A program made the translations under genes and the position numbers. The notes beneath the pieces are model-generated. The model ran no database searches and had not been told where the DNA came from. It saw only the letters and a program-made list of their open reading frames with translations. Positions 1 through 12,682 of a stretch of DNA of 64,000 nt are shown here, in pieces. The stretch is from Amphiscolops sp. MND2022 (Eukaryota): the NCBI GenBank assembly GCA_964187785.1, contig OZ076410.1:25978001-26042000 (forward strand), given 5' to 3'. Position 1 is the stretch's first letter. Every line of letters begins with the position of its first letter.

Positions 1-1573
1 TTTTTACTTTACATCAAAAGAGGGGTAATTCCAAAGTGTGCCGCGGCCGTTTTTGTATTAACTGCGCGTACAGCCAATCACAGCGCGTTCTCAACGTCAT
101 TCCTTTCGCTTTCTAACACATTTGGGTGAGTTGCATTCTATGCAAATTCCGCGCACTGTGAAGTTTTCATTCTCAAACACATGTAATAACATAGCAATTT
201 GACAGGAGTTCTGTTCATAGTTACGAGTGACTTCTAGTTCAGTTTCTGTAGGAAATCGTTTCTTAAAAATTCTGTAAAGTTTACTCAGCACGTAGTCAGG
301 TCAAATATGAACATTGATTTGTTTTAATATATCTTATATTCGCTATAGTTGCTGAGAAATTCAATGTCAAAGTTTCCTTCCGATTGAATTTTTATACATA
401 GTTTCAGGTGGTAGCGGCGGCCGTTCAGCATTAATACGTTGCGCAGTCGCTTCATATCAGCTAGGAATGTCTATTTTGGTTGTCAACGGGACTAAAAGCA
501 AAATTGTTGACATTAAACAATTAGGCGAGGTACTTGAAGTACTTACTGTTATCTTTACTTTCACAGATATCACATCCGAATAATGTACCCAACTGAAGGT
601 ACAAAGTTTAAATACTCATCATAGCATGATCAAAATGTCAAAAATCCTACATAAGCCTTTCCTAAAAAATGAGTCAGTCTGGTAAACCTGGGTAATCATT
701 TGGTTTGAGAGAATAGGACGAGAAACACAAATCCTTTCTTAGCTGAATTTTCATTATTTCCACCCGTTTTCTTTAATGGCTTATACAAAATTAAACAGAA
801 AATTGGTTTGTAACGTAGGTAAGTGTAGTGATCTTTCAATGTTTTTAGAAAGTGTCTAGAAGTGCCAAAAGCCTCATGAAGCTCCGAAAAATACAAATTG
901 GCAAAATGCTTCGAGTTTGGATTTTTTAACGCAGGTTGTGTAAATTTTAACTGTTTTTGGCGACATGAAACATATACAAGCTGCTAGTAGGAAAAGGAAG
1001 TTTTTTTGGAAAAAAGGGGCTTGACCTAAACCAAAAAGACAAGTGGTTGTTGGCATAAGCTTATTGGTTACACGATCGAACCTCAAAAATATGCTGCATT
1101 TGCGATAATTCAAGGCCGGAATTATCCCTGTGCTCGGTGGGTTCTTGTGAAAAGAAAAGCTGAGCCAACAATCAAAAATACAAAATGTACCTTGTTTCAA
1201 TTTAAAAATTCACTGACGTCATTTATTGTCTGAAATTTTTGATGAGACGACCATAAAAGATTTTTCGTGAAATCTTTTATAGTCTTATGAAGAATATAAT
1301 TCATGCATACTGAGTTATCTACGCATACATTCTGTTATCTGATAAAAATAACTAGTCACTGTAGTAGTCGGGCTTTTTTCCTTCGAGGAAAACGCGTCGA
1401 CTAAAAACTTACATCTAGTATTAATAGTTGTATATGTTACACCGTGAACAGCGTTCTGGTTTGTTTTCAAAAGAATCAAAACCCTCTTAGTCCTGGAGTT
1501 TGTTCCCAAAAAAGCAAATTTTAATTCTTTTTGTTTTTAGAATATATACTTTATAACAGAAAACAGCGAAGAT

Positions 1574-2098
1574 TTAGTTCATATTGGAGGGATACAGAAA
1601 TTCAACAGAGGCGCCTTCACTGGGTGTTGGAGGGTAAGACGACGTCGCGGTGGAACCACCATTTTGCTTATCTCTGTCTTCGTTCTGGCTTATGATCTTC
1701 TCCATCATAGCTTTTAACATTGACATTTCGTCATGTAGGCGATTAAACCTTTCTTCGTTTTCGCGTTGTGCAGAATTTTCGTTGGTTGGCGAATTTCTAC
1801 CAGACTGATTTATTTCATCTGCGGAATTACTAGAAGATTCCATGTTCGAGTTAGGACTAAGATTTGTATTTTTAGTAAGAGAATGGGGTGATGAATTCGT
1901 TAATACTTTGCCGTTTCTAAGTACTTTAGCTGACTCAATACTCATATGCGAGGAAAAGTATGAATGTTGGATAAGAGTTGAATTGCGAAAGAATGTTGTT
2001 AAGGTCTAGCGATTGAATACGTTCAAGAGCAGGTAAAACAAGTACTCGTACAGTGTAGCTATAGCGAAGGGTGAGTAAAATCGGTGGCCCCCTCACCA
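1574..2098 (-). mobile_element. 5' fragment of an LTR retrotransposon: PBS-like site plus a truncated gag-like ORF (1574-1945)
   Basis: Minus strand TGGTGAGGGGGCCACC (2084-2098) resembles a PBS. It is followed by a 123-aa ORF with an LRNGK N-terminal motif and a coiled-coil-like segment. No pol and no second LTR were found. Confidence 0.35.
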
Positions 2099-2429
2099 GA
2101 TCGATGGTAAGACTCAATTCTTACCATCGCTTCGTTCTCATTGGTCGTTGAGTGTGGTGCTAATTAGCACTTGGTCATGTGACCGGTTTTCTGCATGTCG
2201 CAAGAGGGCTACCAATTAGAAATCGCGCGCTAAATCCATTTGAATCAATTAACATGAATTTATAATGAACTAACACCAACAGGCGCTTGTCCTGAGTCAT
2301 GGTAATGACTACAAGTGTGCTAAATTGTTGTAAAATGAACAGAATTCAAGTTCTGAACTTAGGAGATGTATGAATGATGATTTGCTAGCACTGAATGAAT
2401 TACAGGGTAAAATACAACAAGTTTTGTCG

Positions 2430-2920
2430 TTTATCCATAGTTTTACACTAGTTGATCACGTTAGTATGGTAGTAGATGAATAGATGAAATACAGATGAAA
2501 GGGGTCTAGTCGGTGGTCTGTGTGATCAACTAGATGTGAAAACGATGAATCGTGTGAGCAGGGGAGAGTAATTCAATAGGTGGGAGAGGTTTCATCGTTT
2601 CTTCATCGTCAGTGACTTTCGTCCTCTGCGATGTCTAAACGATGAAAGATTTTCATCGTTTCTTCATCGCTTGTATGTTCGCGCTAAACTGACAATTATT
2701 AACGATGTATAAATGATGAAACATTTCCATCGGTTTTACATCGTCGTGTAAGTTAGCGTCAATTGAAGAAATAACAAGTTCCATCGGTTTCACATCGTCA
2801 TTCTAAATTCTCTTTCCTGGCTGTGCTATTTGGCCAGACGATGTAATACAAATGAAACTTGTTTACTTTGTACTAAAATAAGAGATTCAGCACAGATTTC
2901 ATCGTTTTAGCATCTTCAAT
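2430..2920. repeat. Array of AACGATGAA/TTCATCGTT motifs in both orientations (subterminal-repeat-like)
   Basis: More than 10 degenerate copies of (AAC)GATGAA and its reverse complement are visible. Confidence 0.55.
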
Positions 2921-3795
2921 CGATTATTAGACTTGTCACGTTAGTTTGCTCTGAGGCAGGAGCTCCCTAACAGTCATAGTTCTATCTTCTCCATTTAGCG
3001 GTCCAGTTTGACCGAGAAAACTATCTTCCTTTCTCGTGACAAGCCATTAAATATAAATTAGCCTCATTTGCTTATTAGCACGATCATGAATTGCGGACAA
3101 ACGGAACTAGAATGCTCAGTGTTAAATAAATAAATAGCTCAATTCTCACTGGGGAATAGGGGATTAGGTACAAGTAACGTAGGGTTGCTCACAACCATAG
3201 ATCTTATTATATGACATCATATTGCCCATATCTAAGTACATAAGACATATTATTTACATTACAGATATTTAATAGATTATATTTCCATCATGCTGGCATG
3301 ACACTGGGCCAAGTGGCTGGACTTGGCATTAGACGACTGTCAGTACTTCCAGTAGTTTTAGTAAGAAATTGTTTTAAAAAAGTTGCACAAAAGAAACAAT
3401 TTTATTTGGGCGTCTGTTTATCTTCCTGTTTGTCAGTGTCCATCAGTTGACTGTCAAACTTTGAGGCTTTTGATGTTTACACGTCCGAAGGGAATTGACA
3501 TGCTCCAATGAAAAGATCTCTGTACATGTTTTAAGGTTACGTATAGAAATAAGACCTCGGATTTGTGATAATCCTTTTATATGTTAGGGGATATCCTTTT
3601 ATATGTTAGGGAGCTCAGAAGATGAGTGTAATTAGACTCTGAAACTTCCAATTATCACATGTATTTTTATATTTGTCTCATAATGGTTTTAGAGTCTAAT
3701 GTCCCTTATGCGATTGTCGCTTTGCATGTTTAAAAAACTTTACATTTTCAACCTAGAGCGGGGCGCCGACATGGGCCGTTTCTGACTTGTTTCAT

Positions 3796-4762
3796 CCCGG
3801 GTCGACCCTCCATGGATATCTTAGTAAGATCTTGCCAAGATCTTGGATAAATCTTAGCTAAGATCTTGCCAAGGTATTGCCAAGAATTGCAAGATGTCAT
3901 GGTAAGAGCCATGTTCCCCAGAAAAATTTTATTGTAAAATCCTATTTGGGCAGAAAAGATCTGAAAGGAAGTCAACAAAAATATACATCTATGCAGATTT
4001 ACATTGTTAGACATGACATTTTTCTGTTAGCAAGGTATAAAATTTCATTGAAGAGTGCTTATGCTGTATAGTTAGGAAGGCACTGATTAAATTGTTATAT
4101 CAATTGCAAAACCGTTGCCAATAACGGCGTCAGAAAAGCCTCGAGCTGAATCAATACCCGAAATGGTAATAGGACTGCTGAAATAGGCTCAAAGAAAGCT
4201 GGAGATATGAATTTGAAAAAATTGCCGGATTTCTAATATTTCCCTGTGTAACTTTCGATAGTGGCTCTGTACGTTTAAGAACATTTTTCTCGGGGTCTGG
4301 AATAGACAGGAGTGATACGTTACAAGTTTTCAGAAGTCCTTGAAATGAGCTTTCATTTGGTGCATTCGCATTTCTGTCTTAAACAAACAAGTGAGCATAT
4401 ATTAGGATTCTTGTCAGAATTTCGGAAGCCAAAATACGTTATCGTAATTTTTCGCACATTTTTGCATGCAATTTATTTCAGCGGGTTGAAGCATTATGAT
4501 TACGAAAACGAATAGAAATAGTCGTTGTTGGGTGAAATGGGCCTTTAGATTGAGTCTCGGTTGCTTGTACCGAAGGTATAGTGTTTTTTTATAATCTTAG
4601 GATTTTGTCCATCGTGATAAGATAGGATCTTGGAATAATGTATTATCTTAGTAAGATCTCAGTAAGAATCTTGCCATGGGATCCATGGTTGCCAAGATGT
4701 AGTAAGAATTTGGTAAGATCCTGCCAAGACAGCCAAGAGGCTAGTAAGAGGGTCAACCCGGG
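3796..4762. mobile_element. Non-autonomous TIR DNA transposon (MITE), family CCCGGG, copy 1
   Basis: TIRs are CCCGGGTCGACCCTC and GAGGGTCAACCCGGG, with subterminal AAGATCTTGCC repeats at both ends. The interior is colinear with 48731-49782. Flanks are AT/GT (imperfect 2-bp TSD). Confidence 0.85.
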
Positions 4763-5169
4763 GTGTTAAGATACTGTCAGAAAGTTGCATTAAAATATAG
4801 TTTGAATTTTCTCACGAATAATAATATTTTTGAGGGATTGTTGCAAGCCAGTGCGACGTATGCAAAAATTTTGTCAGAATTAGGAGAAGTTTCTTTGAAA
4901 GAATCCCATTCAAAGTGTCCGTTTTGCAGGTCCATCTTCACTGGTCTTCGTTAAGCATTTTTCTTGGCTTCATTTATTCACTTCACCGAACATTAAAACT
5001 CGTCTCTTTGCTTGTTGTCTAAATAATACATTGAGATGTAGGATTAAAAAATCTCATTTCGTTTTTTCCTGTCAACTCATTACACGAAAATCAATTTTAA
5101 CAGATTAGTTTTGAAACTTCCAAAAAGTATATAATATCATAATTATAATATATAAAATAATGTAATGTT

Positions 5170-5475
5170 ATCTGAGGCCCGAAAATTTGTTCATCGAAAT
5201 TATTATTACAACGCAGTCAGCTATTTTCACATACCCCTAGTGCCCTAAATGCAGGAGCGAAGCGAAGCGGAGCGACGTGCCATATGGCCATACCGCAATG
5301 TTGCTACTTGGCGAAAAGAGCGAAGTGACCGAGCCATACGACAAATATGCTAACCTCTTCAAATAAATCGTTATATACATATTGGCTGTTATAATATTAT
5401 CGGACGCTAATAGTCGCCAAATTGATCGGGCCTCAAATTACCCTAGCTTCGGGTCTCAATTTTTTGAGCCTCAAA
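5170..5475. mobile_element. Degenerate MITE-like element carrying a ~165-bp core shared with the MULE-like MITE at 14816-15303
   Basis: 5203-5369 is the reverse complement of about 15005-15170 (GGAGCGAAGCGAAGCGGAGCG core). It is flanked by GAGGCCCGA / TCGGGCCTC inverted motifs. Confidence 0.5.
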
Positions 5476-5585
5476 TATGCTACCCGGTTGTTCTTATGAG
5501 ACCTAACACTGCAGCTCTGCAGCTCTGTTAGTTGTCTCTATTAAAGTACTAACCTAATCACTGTCCAAGCATTCATTTCTAACAG

Positions 5586-5927
5586 AAAGAAGATAAAATC
5601 AACACTACTAACAACAACAAGTACTGTAGGTGAGATGCAATGAATAAATAGAACTTATGGAAACGATTCCCCAGTTGCACCAGTTGGAAATTTCCCTGCA
5701 GTTTTCATCCATACAGTGATATGCTTTCTCGGAACCTGGAAACCTTTGTGAGAGTACAATGCAGCGTTCAATGTTTCAATCGATACTGAAATTATATTTA
5801 TATACTTGTATACTTGTCCTCGGTCTTTGTTTTCTTCCTTTGGTTTCTCGATTATTTAGTGTAATTACCGTTAGTCAAACTGCACGTTCAAAATAACGCT
5901 ACTTCGAACTTATCATTTAACGGCGGG
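5586..5927 (+). pseudogene. Possible damaged TM1-ICL1-TM2 exons of a class A GPCR (5586-5629, 5702-5747, 5860-~5927)
   Basis: AG/GT-bounded segments give TSTVVFIHTVICFLGT-(GNL after a frameshift)-VITV..KLHVQNNATSNLSF, resembling the GN(1.50) and NLxxxD(2.50) motifs. Several frameshifts must be assumed. Confidence 0.3.
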
Positions 5928-6149
5928 GTACAACTTAACACAAATATAAACTTAGCCGAAAAAGGATCAAAATTGCATATTTCAACGAATAAATCAAATC
6001 AGTTAAAGTTTTCTTTTTGGTTTTCGTGACTCGGCCTTCCTCGTCTCTGGGCCCTCTGCTCTACTCCAGGGGCTGCCTTTGCCGAAACCAGCCGCTGCAC
6101 TTAGGACATTTGCTTCGGTCCTGCATATAGCGCACTTGCGGTTTGTGCC

Positions 6150-6388
6150 CAGTGTTCGAAGCCATGATACCTTTGCCAAGATCCATGGCAAGTTCCTCAC
6201 TAGCCTTGCTACGTTCTTGCCATGATCTTGGCAAGGTTACCATGGCCATGCAAAATGGTGCAAAGTCTAACCTTGATCTTTGCCCAAGAGTAACTATGAT
6301 CTTGACAATGCTCCATGGTAGTAAATCCATTTTTTGGTAACTGCCAGTGTTCGAAGCCGTGTTATCCTTGCCAAGATCCATGTTCCCT
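6150..6388. repeat. CTTGCCAAGATC-rich subterminal-type repeats related to the CCCGGG MITE family
   Basis: Multiple CTTGCCAAGATC/CATGATCTTG motifs, and a duplicated CCAGTGTTCGAAGCC unit about 198 bp apart. Confidence 0.4.
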
Positions 6389-6404
6389 CTCGCCGCTTTA
6401 AATG

Positions 6405-6836
6405 TTCTTCCCGTTTTGCATTAAAATGTTATTCCTTAGACTTTATTTGCGCCGCTCTTCGCTTTAGACATGTGTAAAGCGAAGAGCGGCGCAAATAACG
6501 GGAATATAGTCTTGAAGCGGCGAGTGACGGAGTAACGTCTAAGGAATGCATTATTCCCGTTTTCCAGTTAGATATTATTCCTTAGACGTTATTCCCGCCG
6601 CTCGCCCCTTTGGACGTTATTCCCGTTTTGCATTTAGATAATATTCCTTAGACGTTACTCCGTCACTCGCCGCTTTAGACTTTATTCCCGTTTTGCATTT
6701 AGATATTAGTCCTTAGACGTTATTATCGCCACTCGTCACTATAGATTATATTCCTTTTTGCATTTAGAATCTATTCCTCAGATGTTTTTCCCGCCGCTCG
6801 ACGCTTCAGTCGTAATTCCCGTTTTGCATTTAGATG
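6405..6836. repeat. ~62-bp tandem satellite (about 6 units) with an internal inversion
   Basis: Unit consensus is approximately TTCCCGTTTTGCATTTAGATATTATTCCTTAGACGTTATTCCCGCCGCTCGCCGCTTTAGAC. There is a near-perfect 54-bp palindrome at 6444-6497 and an inverted unit at 6497-6547. Confidence 0.85.
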
Positions 6837-7034
6837 CCATTCATCAGACGGCTGATTTACTCAACTGATTTTGTAACCAACTAATTACCATTTAGCATAG
6901 TTACAATAATTATCCAGGTGTATACATGATGTATAATCATGTATTTAAATTATATTTTATAGGAAAATAATAGTTAACTATAATTTTTCACAGTTCGAAA
7001 CTGGAAGAATGGAAAAGAGTGTTGATTGTTTCAG

Positions 7035-7140
7035 GTGATGCTGGAGGGTTACTGGATGTTCGGGGAGTTCTTCTGTTCTGTATATGGACTACTGCTCTAC
7101 ACTGGAGTGACGTGTTCTTACGTGTTCATGACTCTTCTCG
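7035..7140 (+). pseudogene. Class A GPCR (opsin-like) exon, ECL1-TM3; donor is non-canonical (GA)
   Basis: Acceptor TTGTTTCAG. Translates VMLEGYWMFGEFFCSVYGLLLYTGVTCSYVFMTLL+G, with the WxFG motif and Cys3.25. It is followed by G|GAAAGT (consensus G|GTAAGT). Confidence 0.7.
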
Positions 7141-7859
7141 GAAAGTTTCACATCACCAAAAACTGAGTTCTATTCAAAATATTAGGTCAAAGATACAATA
7201 GCTAGTACATTATTACACCAACGAGCCCTATTAGATATCAAAAAAGTGTGCAACTCTAAAGTAAGTTTATAAGGTAAGTCGAAATTCATTTTAGCATTTT
7301 TTGGTGAGTGTCCAGAATCATTGCTTGATATCTTCCACTTTTTCATCGGTAGGAAATTCTTTCCAAATTTCCGTCCTTGGTAAAATTGCTTGAACATTTG
7401 CATGCTTTTTAGATTTTTTGCAATGATTGAACATTTTTTATAAACACAACTAGCATCAACTTTATCGTTATATTTAAGAGGCGGTGAAAACATATTGGCA
7501 GTTGACAAATTAAAGTGTGAATACAACGGTGATCGAGTTGGTAACGAAGTAAAAAATATTTTCTATTTTAATTCCAATGGTGAAAACTACTATGTAACCC
7601 TTCAGGATTTACAACCGAAAACTTTTTGAATTTTTCAAATTTTTTTAAGGAAAATTACCCTGCTTGCAGACTTGCAGCATGTAAAAAAATTCCAGCAGTA
7701 TCGACAAGGGTAATAAGGTTTGACATTGTCTTATTAATTTCTCCTGTTATCTGAATTAAATAGTTCTTAGTTAAACTTTTGCACGCACTTTATTGTTGTC
7801 AGCAACGTTCATTATGACTTGCTAAACCTCTTACAAAACTTTATTGGGAAAAACTCCAT

Positions 7860-8254
7860 GATAGTTGAGAAAACAATGTGTGAAAAGAAAGTGATATCTT
7901 CGGTACCCTGGTTGGAACTGTTTGAACTTTGTACGTTTTTCTAGGTTACCAAGCAAATTTTCATTGATTTTATAACATTCTCAAAGACCCGTTCCATCCT
8001 AAATTTGGCGGCAATTCTGCGCCGCAAAATTTTGCAGGTTACATTGGGACGCCGTTCTAATTTTGAAAGCAGCTGAGACCATCAATTTCACCGCGCTTTC
8101 AAAGCAAATAAACTCAAGTCACGTTACAAATTTCAAATTAGCGTACTATTAGCGTACAAATGTCATATTTAGCGTACTATTTTACTAGCAGCGATTACAT
8201 AAGTAGCTTACTTGAGAAACTTAAGCGTGAAAACAAATTGATCGCGGAAGTGAG
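7860..8254 (+). repeat. Dispersed repeat family R1 (continues at 13044-13085 after the Gypsy insertion)
   Basis: Shares TTGAAAGCAGCTGAGACCATC and TGATCGCG blocks with 52960-53460 (+) and 13340-14060 (-). Confidence 0.6.
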
Positions 8255-8523
8255 TGTCATATTCGGTTCATTCCGGTTTGACCTCTACCGAGTTTCGGTT
8301 CATAGACTGTACGGCTAGCATACCAGTTTAGAGACAAACAAAGTTTTTGCAGTATAGTTAATTAGATACTTCATTATATAATTAACAGTATCTACGGTAT
8401 AGTCAGTGAACTATAGAAACTATCTTAACCTTTCCTTTATCTAGAGCTTAGTAGTTGAGAAAAGAACATGGGGCAGTCAGCCAATTTTTAAACAAATTGA
8501 AAACCTCTTAGCAAAACAAAGCC

Positions 8524-9330
8524 ATGACAGAAAAAAACACAGTACAGAACCTAGAAGTAAAGGCTTCGGACGGAAACGCAAGATTCACACCAAGACAATG
8601 GTTAGAAAGATTCAGGCAGTTTACTAAACGGGAACATAAAATAGATAATGCAACACTGTTGAAAGGAGAAAACATTACCGAATGGTCAGGAAAAGAACAA
8701 CTTATCCAAGAAAATTTCATCTGGGGCGTCGGACCCGAAACACTGTACCAAATATCACGCGCCGAGTACAAAACGAAACCGGATAGTATCAAAATAAAAG
8801 ACTTGATCCGGTTATTTACCGAGTACTACTTACCGAAACGAAATACGTACCACAACCGCGGAGATTTTTTCTGGGCAAAACAAACAGAAGAAGAAACACC
8901 GGAAGAACTCTGGAGAAGACTAATTGAAATCGAAAAAGAATGCAATTTCAACACAACATCAGCCGAAGAACTACTGATATCCAAGTACATGACGGCAATC
9001 ACCGATAAAAAACTACGGGACAAAATGCTGAAAGAAAAAACACTGGAACTGAAAAAAAAACAATTGAACTAATAAAGCAAAACACATACGAAATGAAGAA
9101 AAAGAAAAACATAATACCGGAAGTACTAATTTCGGCAAAAGAAAAACACACAATGAAAGAAGAAATGATACGATGAATGGAAGAGTTCGGTGTAAGACCA
9201 AAAACCAGAACCACGGGAAATAGTCCATGCAGATTTTGCGGGGCACCAAACTAAACATCATTACACAAAGGCCCACCCATAGAAACAAATTGAAACAAAT
9301 GCGGAAGAAAAGGACACTACGCGAAGGTAT
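8524..9330 (+). pseudogene. Gag of family A copy 1 (frameshifted)
   Basis: ORF 8524-9072 is homologous to 61865-62617. CCHC knuckle remnants (CGRKGHYAKVC) lie near 9290-9330. Confidence 0.8.
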
Positions 9331-9479
9331 GTAAACAAAAATACAAAAACAACCGAACAGTGAAACAACTAAATGAAGAAGAAAACGACGACCGAGATGA
9401 AACATGAAGTGATTCGGAAGAAAGTATACCTCATATCAGAGAGATAAAGAAAATTGAAGAAAGGAACAAACACTACACA

Positions 9480-12400
9480 GCGATAGTGAAAAAGAAACGG
9501 GAAAAAGAAAGAATTTATAACCGACAACGGATCACAAATAACAATAATGCCACCGGACGAAAAGATATTAGAACTAACCGGGATACAGAAAATCACAAAC
9601 AGATACCAAGATGTAAACAAGAACGAAGTGAAACTCCGGGGGAAAAATTCCGGTAGATGTGGAATACGAAAATAACAAAAAGAAAATGGACATCCTGATA
9701 ACCGAAAGAACAGTCACAACACCACTACTTGGAATGGACTGGATGAAGAAATTCAAATTAACAATATTCAGAAGAGTACAATTGGCAGATAACAACCAAT
9801 CAAAACGCAAGAAAGTGTTTGCTAAATTTCCAGATTTGTTCGAAAACAACGTAACAAAAAAAGATACCGAGATAAATATTCAATTGAAACCGGGACATTA
9901 CCGGGTTAAACAAAAAGCCAGACAGGTACCGCTCCCCCTACAAGAAGACGTAGGACGGGAAATAGAGAAACTAATGAAAACGGGACACTTAGAAAAAATC
10001 AACGATGTGGATGAAGACTGTTTTGTATCACCAGTATTAATAACCGTAAAAAGTGACAAATCAGTAAAGTTAGCACTTTACTCAGGGAAGTTAAAACGAT
10101 AGCTGTATCAAAATGAAAACCACACATGCCGAACATGGAGTTGTTAACGAATTAAATTTCGGTAGAAATTTCCCGCGACCGAACAGTTCAAAACAGATTT
10201 GACTACGCATACGGACTGATGAAGCTATCCGAAGAAACAAGCCGACAATGCGTATTCGCGATAACCGGGGCAAATTTAGCGGATACTTCCGATTCAAAAA
10301 AAGGTTTTACGGTCTTGCCGATAAACCCACGATATTTCAAGAAAAAATTGACCGAACGCTCGGATACAGTACACCAGCTTGGCTAGACGACATAATTGTA
10401 GTAACCCGGGAAGCAAACAAGAACACCAGGGAAAATTATTTGATATCTTGAACAAAGTGGAAAAAACCGGACAAAGGGGCGAGTAAAAGAAAATCTGAAT
10501 TCTTTATGAATCGAACCAAATAGTTGGGTCTTGAAATCGACGAAAACGGAATAAAACCGAATGAAGAAAAAGTAGAGGCCATTCTCAAATTGATTCCACC
10601 GAAGAACACAAAAGAATTAAAATCACGTCTCGAAGCATTTCAATACATGGCAAAATTCCTATCGAAATTTTCGGAAAGAACTGACAGACTCCGAAAATTA
10701 TTGAAAAAGAACGAGAAATGGGAATGGGGAACCGAACAAGAAGAAGACTTCGGGAAAACAAAACAAATGTTAACCGAAGGCCCATGTCTTGGACACTAAG
10801 CAAAAGATGAAAAGTAGAATAGTAACGACCGATGCAAGCACGACCGGACTGGGTATTACACTATGGCAAAAACAAGATGACGGAAACACTAAACCGATAG
10901 CATACGGAAGCCGATATTTGAATGATACCGAAACAAATTACTCCATCAGTGAATCAGTGAACTAGAATTACTAGCGTTGATATGGGGATTAGAAAAATTC
11001 CGAAATAATTTATACGGAAAGAAAGTTCATTTTTATACCAACTACCAAGCACTGGAACCTCTGATAAAATGAAATCGAAGCAATGAACAATACAGTTCGA
11101 GAATAACAAGATGGCTAGATCGCCTAACTCACTTCCACATAGCAATATAGCAGCATATCGCAGTCAGTAACTTGAAATTCACCAACTATCTCAGTAGAAA
11201 TCCGGTAGGAGGAGCCATGCCGGAAGACAATTACGACAGAGAATACGTAAGCAACATACTAGCCGAACAAGCGCATTTGAACTTAAAATACGGACAATTA
11301 TTCGCGGACCAATCAAAACGTAGCAAAACCACATTCGAGAGAAAGAAGAATGATTCCGAGAAGAAAATTGAGCACAGAGCGGACAATCACAAACAAATGG
11401 AACATTCGAGAACAAAAACTACGTGAACGAAACCGAGCAGAACAAAATAACAACATCCGGGCAGTCCGAAATTAGCACTCGAAAATCAGTGAAGCAAGAG
11501 AAAAAAAGAAAATGGAACAAGAAAACTTCTACCACTGGGAAGCTACCCGAGAAATCATGGATATCATTAGGAGAAGAAACAATAGCCCCGAAACGAGAAG
11601 ACTAGTAGAGCAACGCAACACACTATCCCAGCCACGAACGCTGAGACGCCGGTACGACCATCAAACGCAAAGAACAATATTTGCGCTGTCCCAACCAAAT
11701 AAACGCAGTAGAGAAGAAATTGACGAAATTGACACCGAACTTATCCGGGGAGCGAATAGAATTGAAGGCGGATATCAATCGATAGGAATTGAAGAAGAGC
11801 AGGGAGAACCGGAATAAATACCGGAAGAAGGAGAAATAGTACAGGCAGCCGAGACCGAAGAAGACGGTATCATCATGCGAGGCGACAATCTACTGATCGT
11901 AGATTTATCGAAACACAATACAGACGGCAGAGAAGCGAAATACATTCAGATAAATCATTTCGTCGGAAAACTCACCACGAACAAGAAGGTGACGGAAGAT
12001 CACATCAAAAAAGCAGAATTCGAGTTTATGATGGATCTCAAAACCTTAATTTCAAAGATTTCAAAGACAGCAATTGACCTCGAACTAACACGATTCCGGA
12101 ACAGCATGCGTAGAGAAGACAGGGAAACCATACCGGAAGGCTACAGAGCTCTCAATTAGATGGGTCCTAATTTTCGTCGACGACCAAATCGTCATCCCGA
12201 TAGATCTCTGAAGACGACTTTTGGATATACTGCATTTCGGTCAGTCCGGCATTACCAAAATGACCTCGGAAGCGAAAATGTTCTGGTGGCCGGCAATGAA
12301 GCAAGACAGTGAAAACAAAGTCAACGACTGCACTGCATGCATAGTATCAGGTAAAAATCCTGAATACCAATTACCGAAAAAACATTACGGAAAACTAGAA

Positions 12401-12682
12401 ACATTATCCGAACTCGGACAAGAAATACAAATCGTTTTTATCGGAAAACTACACAACAATAATTCGCACGGTGAAGTACAAATATTGATAGCGGTAAATA
12501 GATTTAGTAAATGGCCAACCGTGAAAATCTGTAAAACCTCGGAAACAAAAGAAGTAATAAAATTCCTAATGAGTAATTTTAACTTATACGGATTATTTGA
12601 AAAAACATCCAACAAAATGGGAGCATTTATTTCGAAAGAATATAAACAATTTTGCCTAGAAAATCTTTGGATAAAAATGTAG
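9480..12682 (+). pseudogene. Pol of family A copy 1 (PR-RT-RH-spacer-IN), many frameshifts and stops
   Basis: ORF fragments include LLGMDW (protease C-term), FVSPVLIT and PAWLDDIIV (RT), TDAS (RH), and HFGQSG..WWP..CTAC (IN zinc-binding domain). Confidence 0.85.

Noticed and set aside
3571-3611. 19-bp tandem duplication ATCCTTTTATATGTTAGGG x2
   Set aside because: Ordinary local slippage duplication; the TTAGGG ends are not a telomeric array.
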